Below are positions 46,229 to 56,900 of a DNA stretch of 64,000 nucleotides, piece by piece. The position numbers were made by a program, and so were the translations under genes. Source of the stretch: a virus; the IMG/VR virus record IMGVR_UViG_3300009103_000012, positions 20,395 through 84,394 of that record, one strand, 5' to 3'. Under the pieces are notes generated by a model. The model did not search any database. It saw only the letters and a list, made by a program, of their open reading frames with translations, and was not told the origin of the DNA. Position 1 is the stretch's first letter. Each line of letters starts with the position of its first letter.

Positions 46229-49200
46229 CTATTCAGCCTGCGCCAATGGTGATGTCATCACAGATTTATCAACAAGAACTTTACCAACCTTATTAGCATC
46301 CATCGTAACATTCATATTGATCGTAATATTGACTGGCTCATTCGTAATCGTAAATTCTCCTCCACCCGATCCAATCGCACCAGCAAAATTCTCTAACGCA
46401 ACATTGGCATCGACGGCCTCTAAGCTGTTAAGGGCCAGTAGCGCTGCGTTCACTTCTTGTACCATAAGATTAACTGCCTCTCCGAGTCCGCCGCCCTCAG
46501 CAAATGCGGTTGCCACTGATTGCATATTTGAGGCTGCTGACGCGAATTCGGTCATCTTGTTCATGGCGCAGAGAGCTGTGTCCATTTTATCTAGATCTGA
46601 TGCGGGATAATTGAACTCTGCTAATGCGACGAATAGATCGCCCATTGTGTATGTACTACTGTTAAATGTTAGCGAATCTACAATCTCTTTTACAATTAAT
46701 GCAATGGTACCTGAAAGGCCGATTATCGACTCTGTCCCCATTTCCTGTAATTGCCCTACGACATTTGCAAAGTCCCCGACAATGGCCATAGCCTTTCCAA
46801 TGACTTCCAATTTCGCAAGCTGTGCTTTTGGATCGCCTTCAATCGGGATATCTAATACTGATTTGACCAATGGACCAATGTGTGCCTTGACAGCGTTAAC
46901 TACTTTTCTAACGATTTGCATCATCTCATTTAGACGCTCGCTCATGGTCTTTCCCTTCTTAAAGAAGCTTCCGCCCTCTGGTGGCATTAAGTTTGCAACG
47001 ACCCCAATAGCTTCAGCGAAGTTTGCAACCGCCTCCATTGCGCCACCCACAATTCCGATCTTCGCCTCTGCTGCCTTTGCATCGATACCCTCTGGGACAG
47101 CTTCTATAACTGCTGTCACGATAGAAGGCAGATTGCCCTTAATTGACTTAAAGATATAATCAAATACAGGCTTCATTGATGACAGCGTGTCTGCCATCGA
47201 TGGTCCTTCCGTCCTGAAGAAACCACTGTTTTCGCTCTGATTCTGTTCCATAAATAGTTGCGCGATTCCGCCGATAGCTTCCACAAGCTTACCAGCACCC
47301 GTCATTGCGGCACCAACTACCTTCGCCTTCGCTTCAGCAAGCTTAGGATCTTCACCAATATCAATCGTAAGAATCTCTTTAATCATCGGAGGAATATTGT
47401 CTTTAACAGACCCAAGGATCATTTTCATAGTCTCGCCGTATTGTTTCATCACCTTGGCGGCACCCTTCGGATTTGCTTTCTTAAAGAAGCCTCCTTTCGA
47501 CATATCAGCAATCGCGTCCATTAACGCTGGAGGGGGTTGTAAAGCTGTCATTAACGTTCCGATTGCTGCCAAGAGACCACCTATGGCCTCCATCTTCTCG
47601 ATGTCTTCCGGCTTCATACTGGCAACCATTGCCTTAAGAGTGTTTAACAGTCCTGTCATCCCCTTGAACATTGCTTCCATAAACTTCTGAGCATCTGCTA
47701 GAATATTTTGTTCGCTACCAGACATATTTGAGAATCCCTGGATCATTGCGACTTTCACAACAACATCAACATTTTCACCAAGTGCTTGAAGAATCATGCC
47801 GATGGCTTGAACAAGATCTTTTAGCTTACTTGGATCCCCGACCTTCATTTTTGCAAGAGCCTCTACTGCTGGACCTAAGTGCTCGACTAGGGCATCGAGG
47901 AATTTTGCTGTTCCCTTTAGTCCTTTTCCAGCAAGCCAAAGAACAATTGGGTTCGCAAAGATTATCATCACCAATGATAGCACAGCCATTAGGGCCGCGG
48001 CGACCATTACAACTGCAAGCGCAGCCATAACTTTTGCACCTTCGAGAATTGTGTTAGTATCCACTTTCCCCATGAATTTATTAAATGCTGGTATAAAGAA
48101 CTTGGATAGAGCATTGAAGAATGCCACTGATGTGATGGCACCGAGGGATCCTATTAACATCGGTATTGCGCCGTATGAGAAAGCTAAACCAGCCAAAGCA
48201 GCGAAGCCAAGCATGATAGCAAGAAGCCCCATGTCAATTGCCGCCTTTACCATGTCTTCAGGAAATTCAGCAGCAGCTTTCTTTATAGCTGGTAAAGCCA
48301 ATGTAGCCAATAATTCGAAGAAAATCGTTGCCGTTACCGCTCCAATCGATCCCAAAATAAACGCCTGAATACCAGCTCCCATAAGCCACGCGCTGCCGAT
48401 GGTCGGAAGTAACATAATAGCAAGCTGCAGCATATTCATCGCCATACCTACCATATCTTCAGGGAATACAGCTGCGGCTTCTTTTAGCTTTGGTAAAAAC
48501 ATGGTCGCCATGAAGTACATGAAAATGGAGCCTATAATAGCACCAGCAATACCCGTAGCAAAGGCCCCGATGCCGTAGGTCATCAACATGGCAACCCCAA
48601 CAGCTGCAGCTGTAAGAATGACTAACGCAAGCATCGCGACGATTAGGGGTCCAAACTTTATACCTTTAATAATTTCGCTAAAGAATGCCACTGATATCAT
48701 AAACGCGGTACCGCCAACCAGCAAGAATATACTACCTAAAATGGCTCCACCGATACCGGGGCCAAAGAATGGAAGCCCAAGGGCGAATGCGTATGCGGCG
48801 GCGGCAGCAGCAATAGCGCCTATTGCAAGAACAGCAAGACCAACAGCAGCCATGGCCATCGTTCCAAGACCGACGCCCTTAACAGCATTACCGATCTCCC
48901 CCACTGCTTCTGTAAATGCGACACCACCAGCTGCCAGCATATAAGCACCGGCCACAAGTCCAATCGCAGCGAGAATCGCAAGTGGGTAAAGGAGGCCAAG
49001 GATTGAAAATGGAATGATGGCATACGCAACAGCGATCGCACCGATAGCCATCGCCGCCAGACCAACAGCGGCCATCATGATTGTACCAACTCCAACGGCC
49101 CCTACGACCGTGCCAATCACTCCCATAGCTAAAGTAAAGACTGTACCACCAACCACAAGCAAGAGGGCACCTGCGAGTAAACCAATCAATGCAGGCACAA

Positions 49201-51808
49201 CCATCCCAGGCTGAATTAGCATAGCTGCACTAACAACAATCTGTACTGCTAACGCGCCTAAAGCAATTCCAACAAGACCCTTAATAAGTGTGGTGAATTT
49301 AATCATCGATAGAATGGCGGCGACCATCACTAACCCAAGAGCAAATATTGCCATGGCCGGAAGAAACGAAAGAGCCATTAGCGTCATGTTAATCATCGCT
49401 TTTACGATATCGCCAGGCTTAATATCTGCTATTCTTTTTACAAATGACTTTAAGCCATCAGCCATATTGGACATTCCCTTCTTGAAGGACTTGCCCATCT
49501 TCCCTCCACTCTTTCCACCCTTCTCAGCTTTTGCAGCTGCTTTATCAGTCGCACCAGTCATTAAGCCAGCTATCTTCGCAACGACAACCTGGAATAGTGC
49601 TGCTTTGGCTGCCATGATTGCACCTACCAACAACGATTTCATAATCATGAAACCAAAGTAAGCTCCAGCGACCTTCCAAACAGTTGGGTTCATAGCAGCA
49701 GCTGAAAGAAGATTAAGTAGCGCGCCGATCAACGATGGAAGAGCAGCCATCAAAGCATCACCAATCGATTGGAGTGCACCTATTATCGCGCCTCCAATTC
49801 CCGATGAAGCTGCATCCCCCAGACCGGATGGATTTCTAAGAGCATCAGCCATTCCATTGATCATTTCGACCATCTTGCCAATTACAAATGGTATAAATCC
49901 GGCGATCATTGCACCAATCATTTGAATACCTTTTGCGAATGCATCTTTTAGCTTGGCAAATGCCGGCCCTTTTGCGCTGAAGAACTTCGAGAACTCTTTC
50001 CCCATATCTTCAGCCATTCGCTGCGGGCTGTAGTTCCCTTTTCCAGATAGCGCATCTTTGAATTTCTTAAAAATGCCTAATAATCCTGTTCCGGTTAGGC
50101 CGCCCTTCTCATCGATCCCCATTAAATTACGAAGGTCCTTGGGGTCGAACAAGTCTTTGATACCGTCCCATACACCCATGTCGCCCATAAGATCAGCAAA
50201 CATTTTACCAACTTGCTTACCAAACTGGAAAACAATCTTCAACGCTTTACGAATAGCTTTTAGAACATCTTGAAATGCCTTTGAGTCCTTAAGCCCCTTC
50301 ATAAAGCCCTTAGAAAATGCGTCAAAGAATCCCTGAACGCCTGATCCTCCACCCTCTGTCATCTTCTCAATAGAATCAGCTAGCTTTGACATCGCTTCTT
50401 CTTGAGTGAGAGCTTGGTCTTCAGCTTCCTCTGCGCCGGCTTCCAGGTCTTCATAAGAAACGCCTTGATTCTCAGCTGCTAGTGCATTTTCCATTGCTGT
50501 AACGGAAAGACCCATTTGCTCAGCCATCAGCGCTTTTTCTTGTCGTGTTAAATCATCAACTGATTTTCCGGTCTCATGGAATGCGTCACGCATCATATCG
50601 ATCCGCTCAGCTGGATTTTCAGCATTCATCATTTCCATCGTATCAAGCTGCATTCCCATTGATTGATTCAACATAGATACCGATTCAGCTGCACCCTCAA
50701 AGTTATCAAATTTATCAACAACACCAAGCAAGTCTGTTGCTTCAAGACCTAATTTAGCCATGTATGCTGCTGTTGCACCAAGCTGTTTGGTACTCATCTT
50801 ACCAAGCTTTTCGAAGTTCTCTGTAAGGGACGCCATGTTCTTACCCATGGTCTTCGCAGAGATTCCAAACTTGTCACCCATTTGGATCGCCATAGAAGCA
50901 GTAGCCGTTAACATCTCACCGACATCTTGACCAGAGTTCTGAGCCTGTCTGGTCATCTCGACCAGCGCAGCATTGGACATACCAAGGCCCTTATTCAACA
51001 TGACCATCTGGCCGGCATTCTCGGCTATGGACTCACTTAGCATGTGGAAGGAACTACCGGCTTCTTGCGCGATCTCGGACACTGCTGCTAATGCCGCTGC
51101 TGCTCCCGCTGAACCTCGCCCAAACACTTGAGAAACATTGAGGCCACTTTGAGCCAGAGCACCGCTAGCAGAAGTAAGGTCGTTAAAGCCATCGATGACC
51201 GCTTTACCTTCTCCTGTTGCGAGGTCACCAAATTCCCCGCGAACTTTCTCCATTTCTTGCTTTAGGGCACTCACGCCTCCGCCACCAGCTGTAGCCATCT
51301 CAGTTAAGCCACCAAGCATCTTAAACGGCATTGATATAATGGACTTACCAACAGCAGCCAAATTCTTGGCCATCTGAATTGCGCTAGCAGCAGCCATCTG
51401 TATAGAGGCGCCGGCGCTCTTCATACCCTTACCAATTCCTACGGCGGCTCCGGCGGCTGCGGCTTTTGAGGCACCAAGCTCTTTTACGAATTCGCTTACT
51501 TTGCCCATTGCACCTTGGGCACCTTCACCAGCTTGATCCATGCTATCTTGAATCTCTCCACCAGCGTTGGAGAAATCAGTCGCATTGCTAGCGGCATCTT
51601 GCAGACCAGCGTTTATTTCTTCAAGTCTAGAAGCAACCTGGTCGAGATCTTTACATTCTAATGCTTTACATAATTCAGCAGCAAGCTGCACTTGACCAGA
51701 CAATTGCTTCGCCTGAGAATCAAGCATTGCGGCACGCTCAGACAGAACTTTGTTAATCTGTTGCTGTATGCCTAATTGGTCTGCAGCTTCTTTTGAATCG
51801 CCTGCCAT
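46229..51808 (-). CDS. Tail tape measure protein
   Basis: 1859 aa, Ala/Gly/Met-rich and helical, long hydrophobic middle; canonical position after tube and chaperones. Confidence 0.85.
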   Translation of the reverse strand: MAGDSKEAADQLGIQQQINKVLSERAAMLDSQAKQLSGQVQLAAELCKALECKDLDQVASRLEEINAGLQDAASNATDFSNAGGEIQDSMDQAGEGAQGAMGKVSEFVKELGASKAAAAGAAVGIGKGMKSAGASIQMAAASAIQMAKNLAAVGKSIISMPFKMLGGLTEMATAGGGGVSALKQEMEKVRGEFGDLATGEGKAVIDGFNDLTSASGALAQSGLNVSQVFGRGSAGAAAALAAVSEIAQEAGSSFHMLSESIAENAGQMVMLNKGLGMSNAALVEMTRQAQNSGQDVGEMLTATASMAIQMGDKFGISAKTMGKNMASLTENFEKLGKMSTKQLGATAAYMAKLGLEATDLLGVVDKFDNFEGAAESVSMLNQSMGMQLDTMEMMNAENPAERIDMMRDAFHETGKSVDDLTRQEKALMAEQMGLSVTAMENALAAENQGVSYEDLEAGAEEAEDQALTQEEAMSKLADSIEKMTEGGGSGVQGFFDAFSKGFMKGLKDSKAFQDVLKAIRKALKIVFQFGKQVGKMFADLMGDMGVWDGIKDLFDPKDLRNLMGIDEKGGLTGTGLLGIFKKFKDALSGKGNYSPQRMAEDMGKEFSKFFSAKGPAFAKLKDAFAKGIQMIGAMIAGFIPFVIGKMVEMINGMADALRNPSGLGDAASSGIGGAIIGALQSIGDALMAALPSLIGALLNLLSAAAMNPTVWKVAGAYFGFMIMKSLLVGAIMAAKAALFQVVVAKIAGLMTGATDKAAAKAEKGGKSGGKMGKSFKKGMSNMADGLKSFVKRIADIKPGDIVKAMINMTLMALSFLPAMAIFALGLVMVAAILSMIKFTTLIKGLVGIALGALAVQIVVSAAMLIQPGMVVPALIGLLAGALLLVVGGTVFTLAMGVIGTVVGAVGVGTIMMAAVGLAAMAIGAIAVAYAIIPFSILGLLYPLAILAAIGLVAGAYMLAAGGVAFTEAVGEIGNAVKGVGLGTMAMAAVGLAVLAIGAIAAAAAAYAFALGLPFFGPGIGGAILGSIFLLVGGTAFMISVAFFSEIIKGIKFGPLIVAMLALVILTAAAVGVAMLMTYGIGAFATGIAGAIIGSIFMYFMATMFLPKLKEAAAVFPEDMVGMAMNMLQLAIMLLPTIGSAWLMGAGIQAFILGSIGAVTATIFFELLATLALPAIKKAAAEFPEDMVKAAIDMGLLAIMLGFAALAGLAFSYGAIPMLIGSLGAITSVAFFNALSKFFIPAFNKFMGKVDTNTILEGAKVMAALAVVMVAAALMAVLSLVMIIFANPIVLWLAGKGLKGTAKFLDALVEHLGPAVEALAKMKVGDPSKLKDLVQAIGMILQALGENVDVVVKVAMIQGFSNMSGSEQNILADAQKFMEAMFKGMTGLLNTLKAMVASMKPEDIEKMEAIGGLLAAIGTLMTALQPPPALMDAIADMSKGGFFKKANPKGAAKVMKQYGETMKMILGSVKDNIPPMIKEILTIDIGEDPKLAEAKAKVVGAAMTGAGKLVEAIGGIAQLFMEQNQSENSGFFRTEGPSMADTLSSMKPVFDYIFKSIKGNLPSIVTAVIEAVPEGIDAKAAEAKIGIVGGAMEAVANFAEAIGVVANLMPPEGGSFFKKGKTMSERLNEMMQIVRKVVNAVKAHIGPLVKSVLDIPIEGDPKAQLAKLEVIGKAMAIVGDFANVVGQLQEMGTESIIGLSGTIALIVKEIVDSLTFNSSTYTMGDLFVALAEFNYPASDLDKMDTALCAMNKMTEFASAASNMQSVATAFAEGGGLGEAVNLMVQEVNAALLALNSLEAVDANVALENFAGAIGSGGGEFTITNEPVNITINMNVTMDANKVGKVLVDKSVMTSPLAQAE

Positions 51809-51845
51809 CTAATAACCACCCTGTGCGCAGCCTAATGCCTTGCTA

Positions 51846-51852
51846 TAAGTAT
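51846..51852 (-). promoter_or_regulatory. ATANTTA motif (ATACTTA) upstream of TMP
   Basis: Intergenic. Confidence 0.5.
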
Positions 51853-51888
51853 GGTAAATAGAAATCTACGCACCATAAAAAACAACCA

Positions 51889-52137
51889 TTAAAAAGGCCA
51901 CACAAACCCGGTAGCTTTTCGTAGCTTGGATGTTGCAAATTTCTTGGATTCTAAGATTGGCAATACATCTGACATTTTTTTATCAGCGTGTAACGCAGTA
52001 TAGAGATTTCTAGACTCCTTCAGAGCTTGCGCAAAGAGTTTTATTGTCTTCTTTGGGCCATTAAGCCTAATTTCAGTTATCTCACCGCGAATATATCTAG
52101 CGCAATCTTTCAGAAACTGTCGTTTAACTGGATCCAT
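51889..52137 (-). CDS. Hypothetical protein
   Basis: ORF track gives 51889..52146; ATG 52137 follows a GAGGTGG RBS and the late motif. Confidence 0.6.
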   Translation of the reverse strand: MDPVKRQFLKDCARYIRGEITEIRLNGPKKTIKLFAQALKESRNLYTALHADKKMSDVLPILESKKFATSKLRKATGFVWPF

Positions 52138-52157
52138 TTTTACCACCTCTACAATAA

Positions 52158-52422
52158 CTATGTAAATCTACGCAATTTTGCAGGAACTTGGGAACGATAT
52201 CTTCCCATCATCGCCCTTGCATCAGGACTATTCTGGTGGGCCGCATGAGATGACTGCTTACCGTTAGACTTCTTTATCTCATCATTAAGGCGCTTAATGA
52301 ACCAATGGCGCATCCAAATCGGGCAATTATACCCTTCTACATAGGAAAACCCCATGTAGTACATTAGCAAGAAAATCTGTTCAAGGAATATTTCTTTGGT
52401 ACTATTCGTCAGGCCAAAAAAA
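52158..52422 (-). CDS. Tail assembly chaperone extension (gp51/GT-like), probably reached by frameshift
   Basis: IFLLMYYMGFSYVEGYNCPIWMRHWFIKRL; overlaps the end of the upstream gene at a T7 run; no convincing own start or RBS. Confidence 0.55.
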
Positions 52423-53265
52423 CGCCGCCCCCAGGGGCAGTCTAACCTCCGAGTGCTCAAGACAAGCGGGACAATCCATCCAGGATTTCATATCAATACC
52501 TGGTTCGTTATTGTCAATATGCTTTCTTAAGAATAAAGAATCTCTTGCCGGGAGACTCGAAACAAACATGTCAAGCTTAGTTCTATCTTGAACACCATTC
52601 ACTGAAACAATAGAAGAGCGTAACCGGGAAGTAATAAGGTTTTCGCTTCTCTGTCCTTGCTTCTTTCTTCTTTCTGATGCTACCATGATATCCTGCTCAT
52701 CTGTACCGGTCAGTAACTTATAACGACACTTAGCCTTTGTAACAGGGAGCTGAACTTCGAAAAGATTTGTTCCTGCTGTAACAGGTTCAATCTCTAAACG
52801 CTTAATCGGAAGATCTCCAAGATTAAACGATTGCTTAGAGCGTTCGCTACATGCAGGACAATCAACTTCTACATTATAGGATGCACCATAACCTGTTACA
52901 CGCATTGCAACCATTAGAGCATTTCTATCACCAGCCAGCATAGTGTCTGGATTAACTCGTTTATCGATCATACATGACTTGAGCAAGTGACTAATAACAG
53001 TGCCCTTCTTAATCAGGGCTTTCGACGTCAGAATATCTTCTTCTCTGGCCGTCATGGCTCTAATCTCGACCGTATTTTTGCCGTGGAGCGGATGCTCAAC
53101 ATCATAGCATTTTCCACCTGACGGGAGAGGTACAACCTCAACAGGGATCTCAAACCCAAAATCATCCTTCATGACATTTCGGGTGGGCATGTGACCCTTC
53201 ATTGACCCAAATATTTCGCTTCTATCGCTAGGGCCGCCTCCGCCGCCGCCTTGTTCAGTTGACAT
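52402..53265 (-). CDS. Tail/baseplate assembly chaperone (T4 gp26-like)
   Basis: VPLPSGGKCY, IRAMTAREEDIL, DRNALM..R..GYG, two CPAC motifs, ends AFFWPDE. Confidence 0.7.
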   Translation of the reverse strand: MSTEQGGGGGGPSDRSEIFGSMKGHMPTRNVMKDDFGFEIPVEVVPLPSGGKCYDVEHPLHGKNTVEIRAMTAREEDILTSKALIKKGTVISHLLKSCMIDKRVNPDTMLAGDRNALMVAMRVTGYGASYNVEVDCPACSERSKQSFNLGDLPIKRLEIEPVTAGTNLFEVQLPVTKAKCRYKLLTGTDEQDIMVASERRKKQGQRSENLITSRLRSSIVSVNGVQDRTKLDMFVSSLPARDSLFLRKHIDNNEPGIDMKSWMDCPACLEHSEVRLPLGAAFFWPDE

Positions 53266-53296
53266 ACATTCACCTCATGCTTAACAACGTTAAGAT

Positions 53297-53325
53297 ATCT
53301 TAAACCGGGTAAATGAGCTGTAAAC
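53297..53325 (-). promoter_or_regulatory. Possible promoter GTTTAC-N17-TAAGAT
   Basis: Directly after the tube terminator, upstream of the chaperone gene. Confidence 0.4.
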
Positions 53326-53355
53326 AAAAAAAGAGCGTGATAACACGCTCTTTTT
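53326..53355 (-). terminator. Rho-independent terminator after the tail tube gene (bidirectional form)
   Basis: AAAAAGAGCGTG-TTAT-CACGCTCTTTTTTT on the minus strand. Confidence 0.85.
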
Positions 53356-53378
53356 ATAATAGAAATGATTTCCGATGT

Positions 53379-53867
53379 TCAGTATTGTAGTACGCAGTTA
53401 TCAAAACGTATCGACAATGAAATCTCTGCAGGGTCTTCTGAACCATAGTCCAGATCACCGAATGCAGCTGATGTGAGGAAACATCCTTTCATATCCCAAA
53501 GTTCGACCACTGTACCAACAGGATCTAGCAGCTTAAGCTGGCAATCGCGCTTGTAAAAATCAGCGTAACCGCCACGACCAGAGACAGACTCATAGTGGGT
53601 ACGTACCCATTCCATAACCTGTTGTGCACCTGAAGGAGCGATTGGATCGTGAAGCGTAACCGATAAAGCATCGAACTTCGTCTTACCAGCAATAAAGCGG
53701 GTAGAGTTAATAAAGGGAATTTCAACCTCAGCGGTGTTCATTGTAGGGCGAGCAGCCGTCTTGATCAAAAATGCGTCAATACCTTCAATTGCGAACACCC
53801 ACCGAAATTTTCTCTTCGGCTCGAACTTGTTCGGCAACATATCGGTAACTGATAGTGTCTCTGGCAT
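53379..53867 (-). CDS. Tail tube protein (T4 gp19-like)
   Basis: FEPKRKFRW, LHDPIAPSGAQQVMEWVR, YKRD..L..LDPVG.VVE.W; follows the sheath genes. Confidence 0.88.
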   Translation of the reverse strand: MPETLSVTDMLPNKFEPKRKFRWVFAIEGIDAFLIKTAARPTMNTAEVEIPFINSTRFIAGKTKFDALSVTLHDPIAPSGAQQVMEWVRTHYESVSGRGGYADFYKRDCQLKLLDPVGTVVELWDMKGCFLTSAAFGDLDYGSEDPAEISLSIRFDNCVLQY

Positions 53868-53891
53868 TTTGTGTTACTCCTTGTTCTTAGA

Positions 53892-53898
53892 TAACTAT
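53892..53898 (-). promoter_or_regulatory. ATANTTA motif (ATAGTTA) upstream of the tail tube gene
   Basis: Intergenic. Confidence 0.55.
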
Positions 53899-53910
53899 AT
53901 AGCTCTTAAT

Positions 53911-56900
53911 TTAAATGTCCATGCCGGCGTTAGTTACCACAAAATCTAGTGATATAAACTCGACCGAACGGGTGGGCTGGAGGAATATCTTTCCTCTAAC
54001 TGTGTTGTTCTCGATGTCAGCCTGTGTTGTTGTGGTTGCATCAATCTGTACCTTGAACCTATCAAGACCTTGCTGTTGTTGTATTCTGGCTAGAATCGGA
54101 TTAACAGCTGCGGAGAATCTCGCGAGAGTTGCTTCCCTGTTTGGTTCGAAGAGGAATGTATCTCCAATCGCTCGGACCTGACGTCGAATATCGATTAACA
54201 GGCGGCGAACATTGACACGATCGAGAGCGCTTTGAGCTGCGAGAAGTGTCTTCTGGCCGAAAACCACGACTTCCTTTGATTGAGGGAATGCGGTGATTGG
54301 GTTAATATCAGCGTCATATAGCGCATCTAAGTTTCCTCTATTCAGCTTCACACTTGCTTCTCTAACATGCTTAAGAGCACCTCTAGTGAAACCAGCTGGC
54401 GCGAACCAAGGATATGCAATCTTGTCGTTTAGACCAAATGCACCTAAGACCGCAACACTTGCGGGGGCAACAACATTCTGTCCTGTATTAACTTCTTCCA
54501 TGATTACATCTGGGAAGTATGCGGCTGCGAACGATGAGTCGAGATTACGACTTGTGAAATCTGCCACCGTGTTGGTTACACTAACAATCTCATTTGAGCC
54601 CGTAACTACGTTACCAAGGGTGTCCGTTGTCTCAATGTCCATAACATAAAGAGCATCAAAGCGATCTTCAACAGTCGTGATCGCATAATCTGTAACTGAT
54701 TCGTGCTTAATACCTGGAATAGCTAGAAGCTGGATATTCACATCTGAACGTTGCTCAAGAATATCTAGCGCTTTTCTATACGCTGCAACAGTCGGTCCAC
54801 TGGTTTCACCCTGAGTGGAGTCGTCCATCTCTCTCTTACAGGCAGTTGAGGTCATGTCGAACTTATTTCTGTCAAAGATGTTAAGTCCGTCGAAACCGCC
54901 TTGGGCCATGAATGTAAACTTGAGGAATTTCCTAACCGATGAAAGACCAAAGTCTTTTTCAACGCTAAGAAGTCTTGTGAGTCCAGAAGCCGTTGTTTTT
55001 GTTGACCCGTCAATATCTGCCATATTTTCTGCCGCGCCTGCTCGACGATATGTCGCAGCAGCCCACTGGTTGGAGTCTGCTTTATCAGCCGCTGTTACAA
55101 CAACTTGGACATTTTCAAGTGAGAATTTGTTGTTATTAAAACGGTCACAATCAAATATGGTACCAGAACTATCAGCTGTACCGACATTGTCTCCAACCAT
55201 CGCTGCTTGCTGATCTTGCCTGAAGTCTGGGAAATACGTTCCATAATTCTTGATGGACGTATCCATGACTGTGCTCTTATTCGGCTCATCTATGTTATCT
55301 TTCACCTCAAACTGGATACCCCAGTAAAGCTGGGAAGAGAGAACTTTTCTAGGAGATTTTCCTCTTGAAACCGTAGACCGGAATGGAATAGGTGGCTGTA
55401 CGATATTTGCGGTTGGGAATGTATCTGAACCAAGGTTTGGAGCGAAGTCAGCAGATGTCATCTTAAAGATACTAGATCCTGATGTTACTAAGTGATCAAT
55501 ACCACGGAAACCGCAGGGTAAAGCATCAGCGGGAATTTCTCCCTTGTCTAATGCGTCAACTGGCTCAACTCGAATATAGTTCGAGCGGTTGGGGTAAGAA
55601 CCCTCAACAACAAGCTTCTGTGAACCGGCCCTTTTATCGAAATCATAATACAAGTGGTAATCACCAATGACTCTTGCGATATATCTCTCATCGAGAGGAT
55701 TAAGAGAGAGCTTAGGGAATTTCTCAATGACCACGGGAAGATCATCAGTATCCTCAAAGTCTCTAACCGCAAGATCGAATGTGCAATATTTGTTGTTAAC
55801 GTTTGTTGATTTTACGATATTCTCAATAGAAATCTTAACGCGATGGTTACCAATGGCACCATCGTCCAAGCACCAAATACGGAATAGATCTTTTTCAGAA
55901 CCACCATACGCCTGTGAAATAACTTTTGGTGCACGTGCTGTTCTGAATCTATCACGGAATCCCTCAAAGTCTGGAATCGTTGCGCTGCCGGCATTTCTTC
56001 CTAATGAAGACGTGACAAGGAAAGCGATATCTTCGTACTTTGTTAATCTAGAGCCAATCACGGCATTAACTGCGGGCTGATAGTTATAACCCATGTAATT
56101 TGAGCCGGTCGGTACGGCAAAGTTAGGGTAAACTGGCCAATGTGCATATAAATAATGGCCGGCTTTTTGAACATCTAAGGGGTCAGTGTTAAGAACATTT
56201 CCAAGATAGTTTGGAGCCGTTGGGTCAAACGAAGCAGTAATAACTGTAGGAAATGAATCTGTATGAGTGTGCCCATTCAACATAAGAACAAACTCTTGCT
56301 TTCCTCCAGCAATGTCAACGGCACCGAGTGTGGACCCAGCGTTGTTTGTCCCACCTGACCCGTATGCAGTATCAGCGGCAAGATTCTGTGCGGTTGGAGC
56401 TCCAAGGGGAAGGTTATTTCCTGAGAAAAGGCCACCACCATATCCAGCTGTGCCACGAGTACCCTCTGATCCCGCTGCGGCGCGAGAAGCGCTCAATGCG
56501 GGTAAAACACCGGATGCTGCAAGAATAACTCCACGAAGGACAGGAGCACTTAACTCAAGACCTGCTTCTTGCAAGTAATTCTTATCAGAGTTCGGCATTT
56601 TGCTACCAGACATACAGACTGCAAGAAAATGCGCTCTGCCGAGAGGGCCCGGGTTCGCGCCACTTCTTGTGCCAGCGTACACATTGGCGCCAAGAATTCC
56701 GTTACCCTTCGGTAACTGTTCACCAACTATGAAGCCAGCATTGGTAACGACACCTGTCGACTCCCTTTTCTTACCATCACCGCAACCCAGGGTTCTAAGA
56801 TATGTTCCAGCCTGAGTATATGTTAACCATTGTCTCATTGCCATAGGACCAAACTTTGTGCCATCAGTGTTACCAAATTCAGCTACAAAGTCTGCGAACG

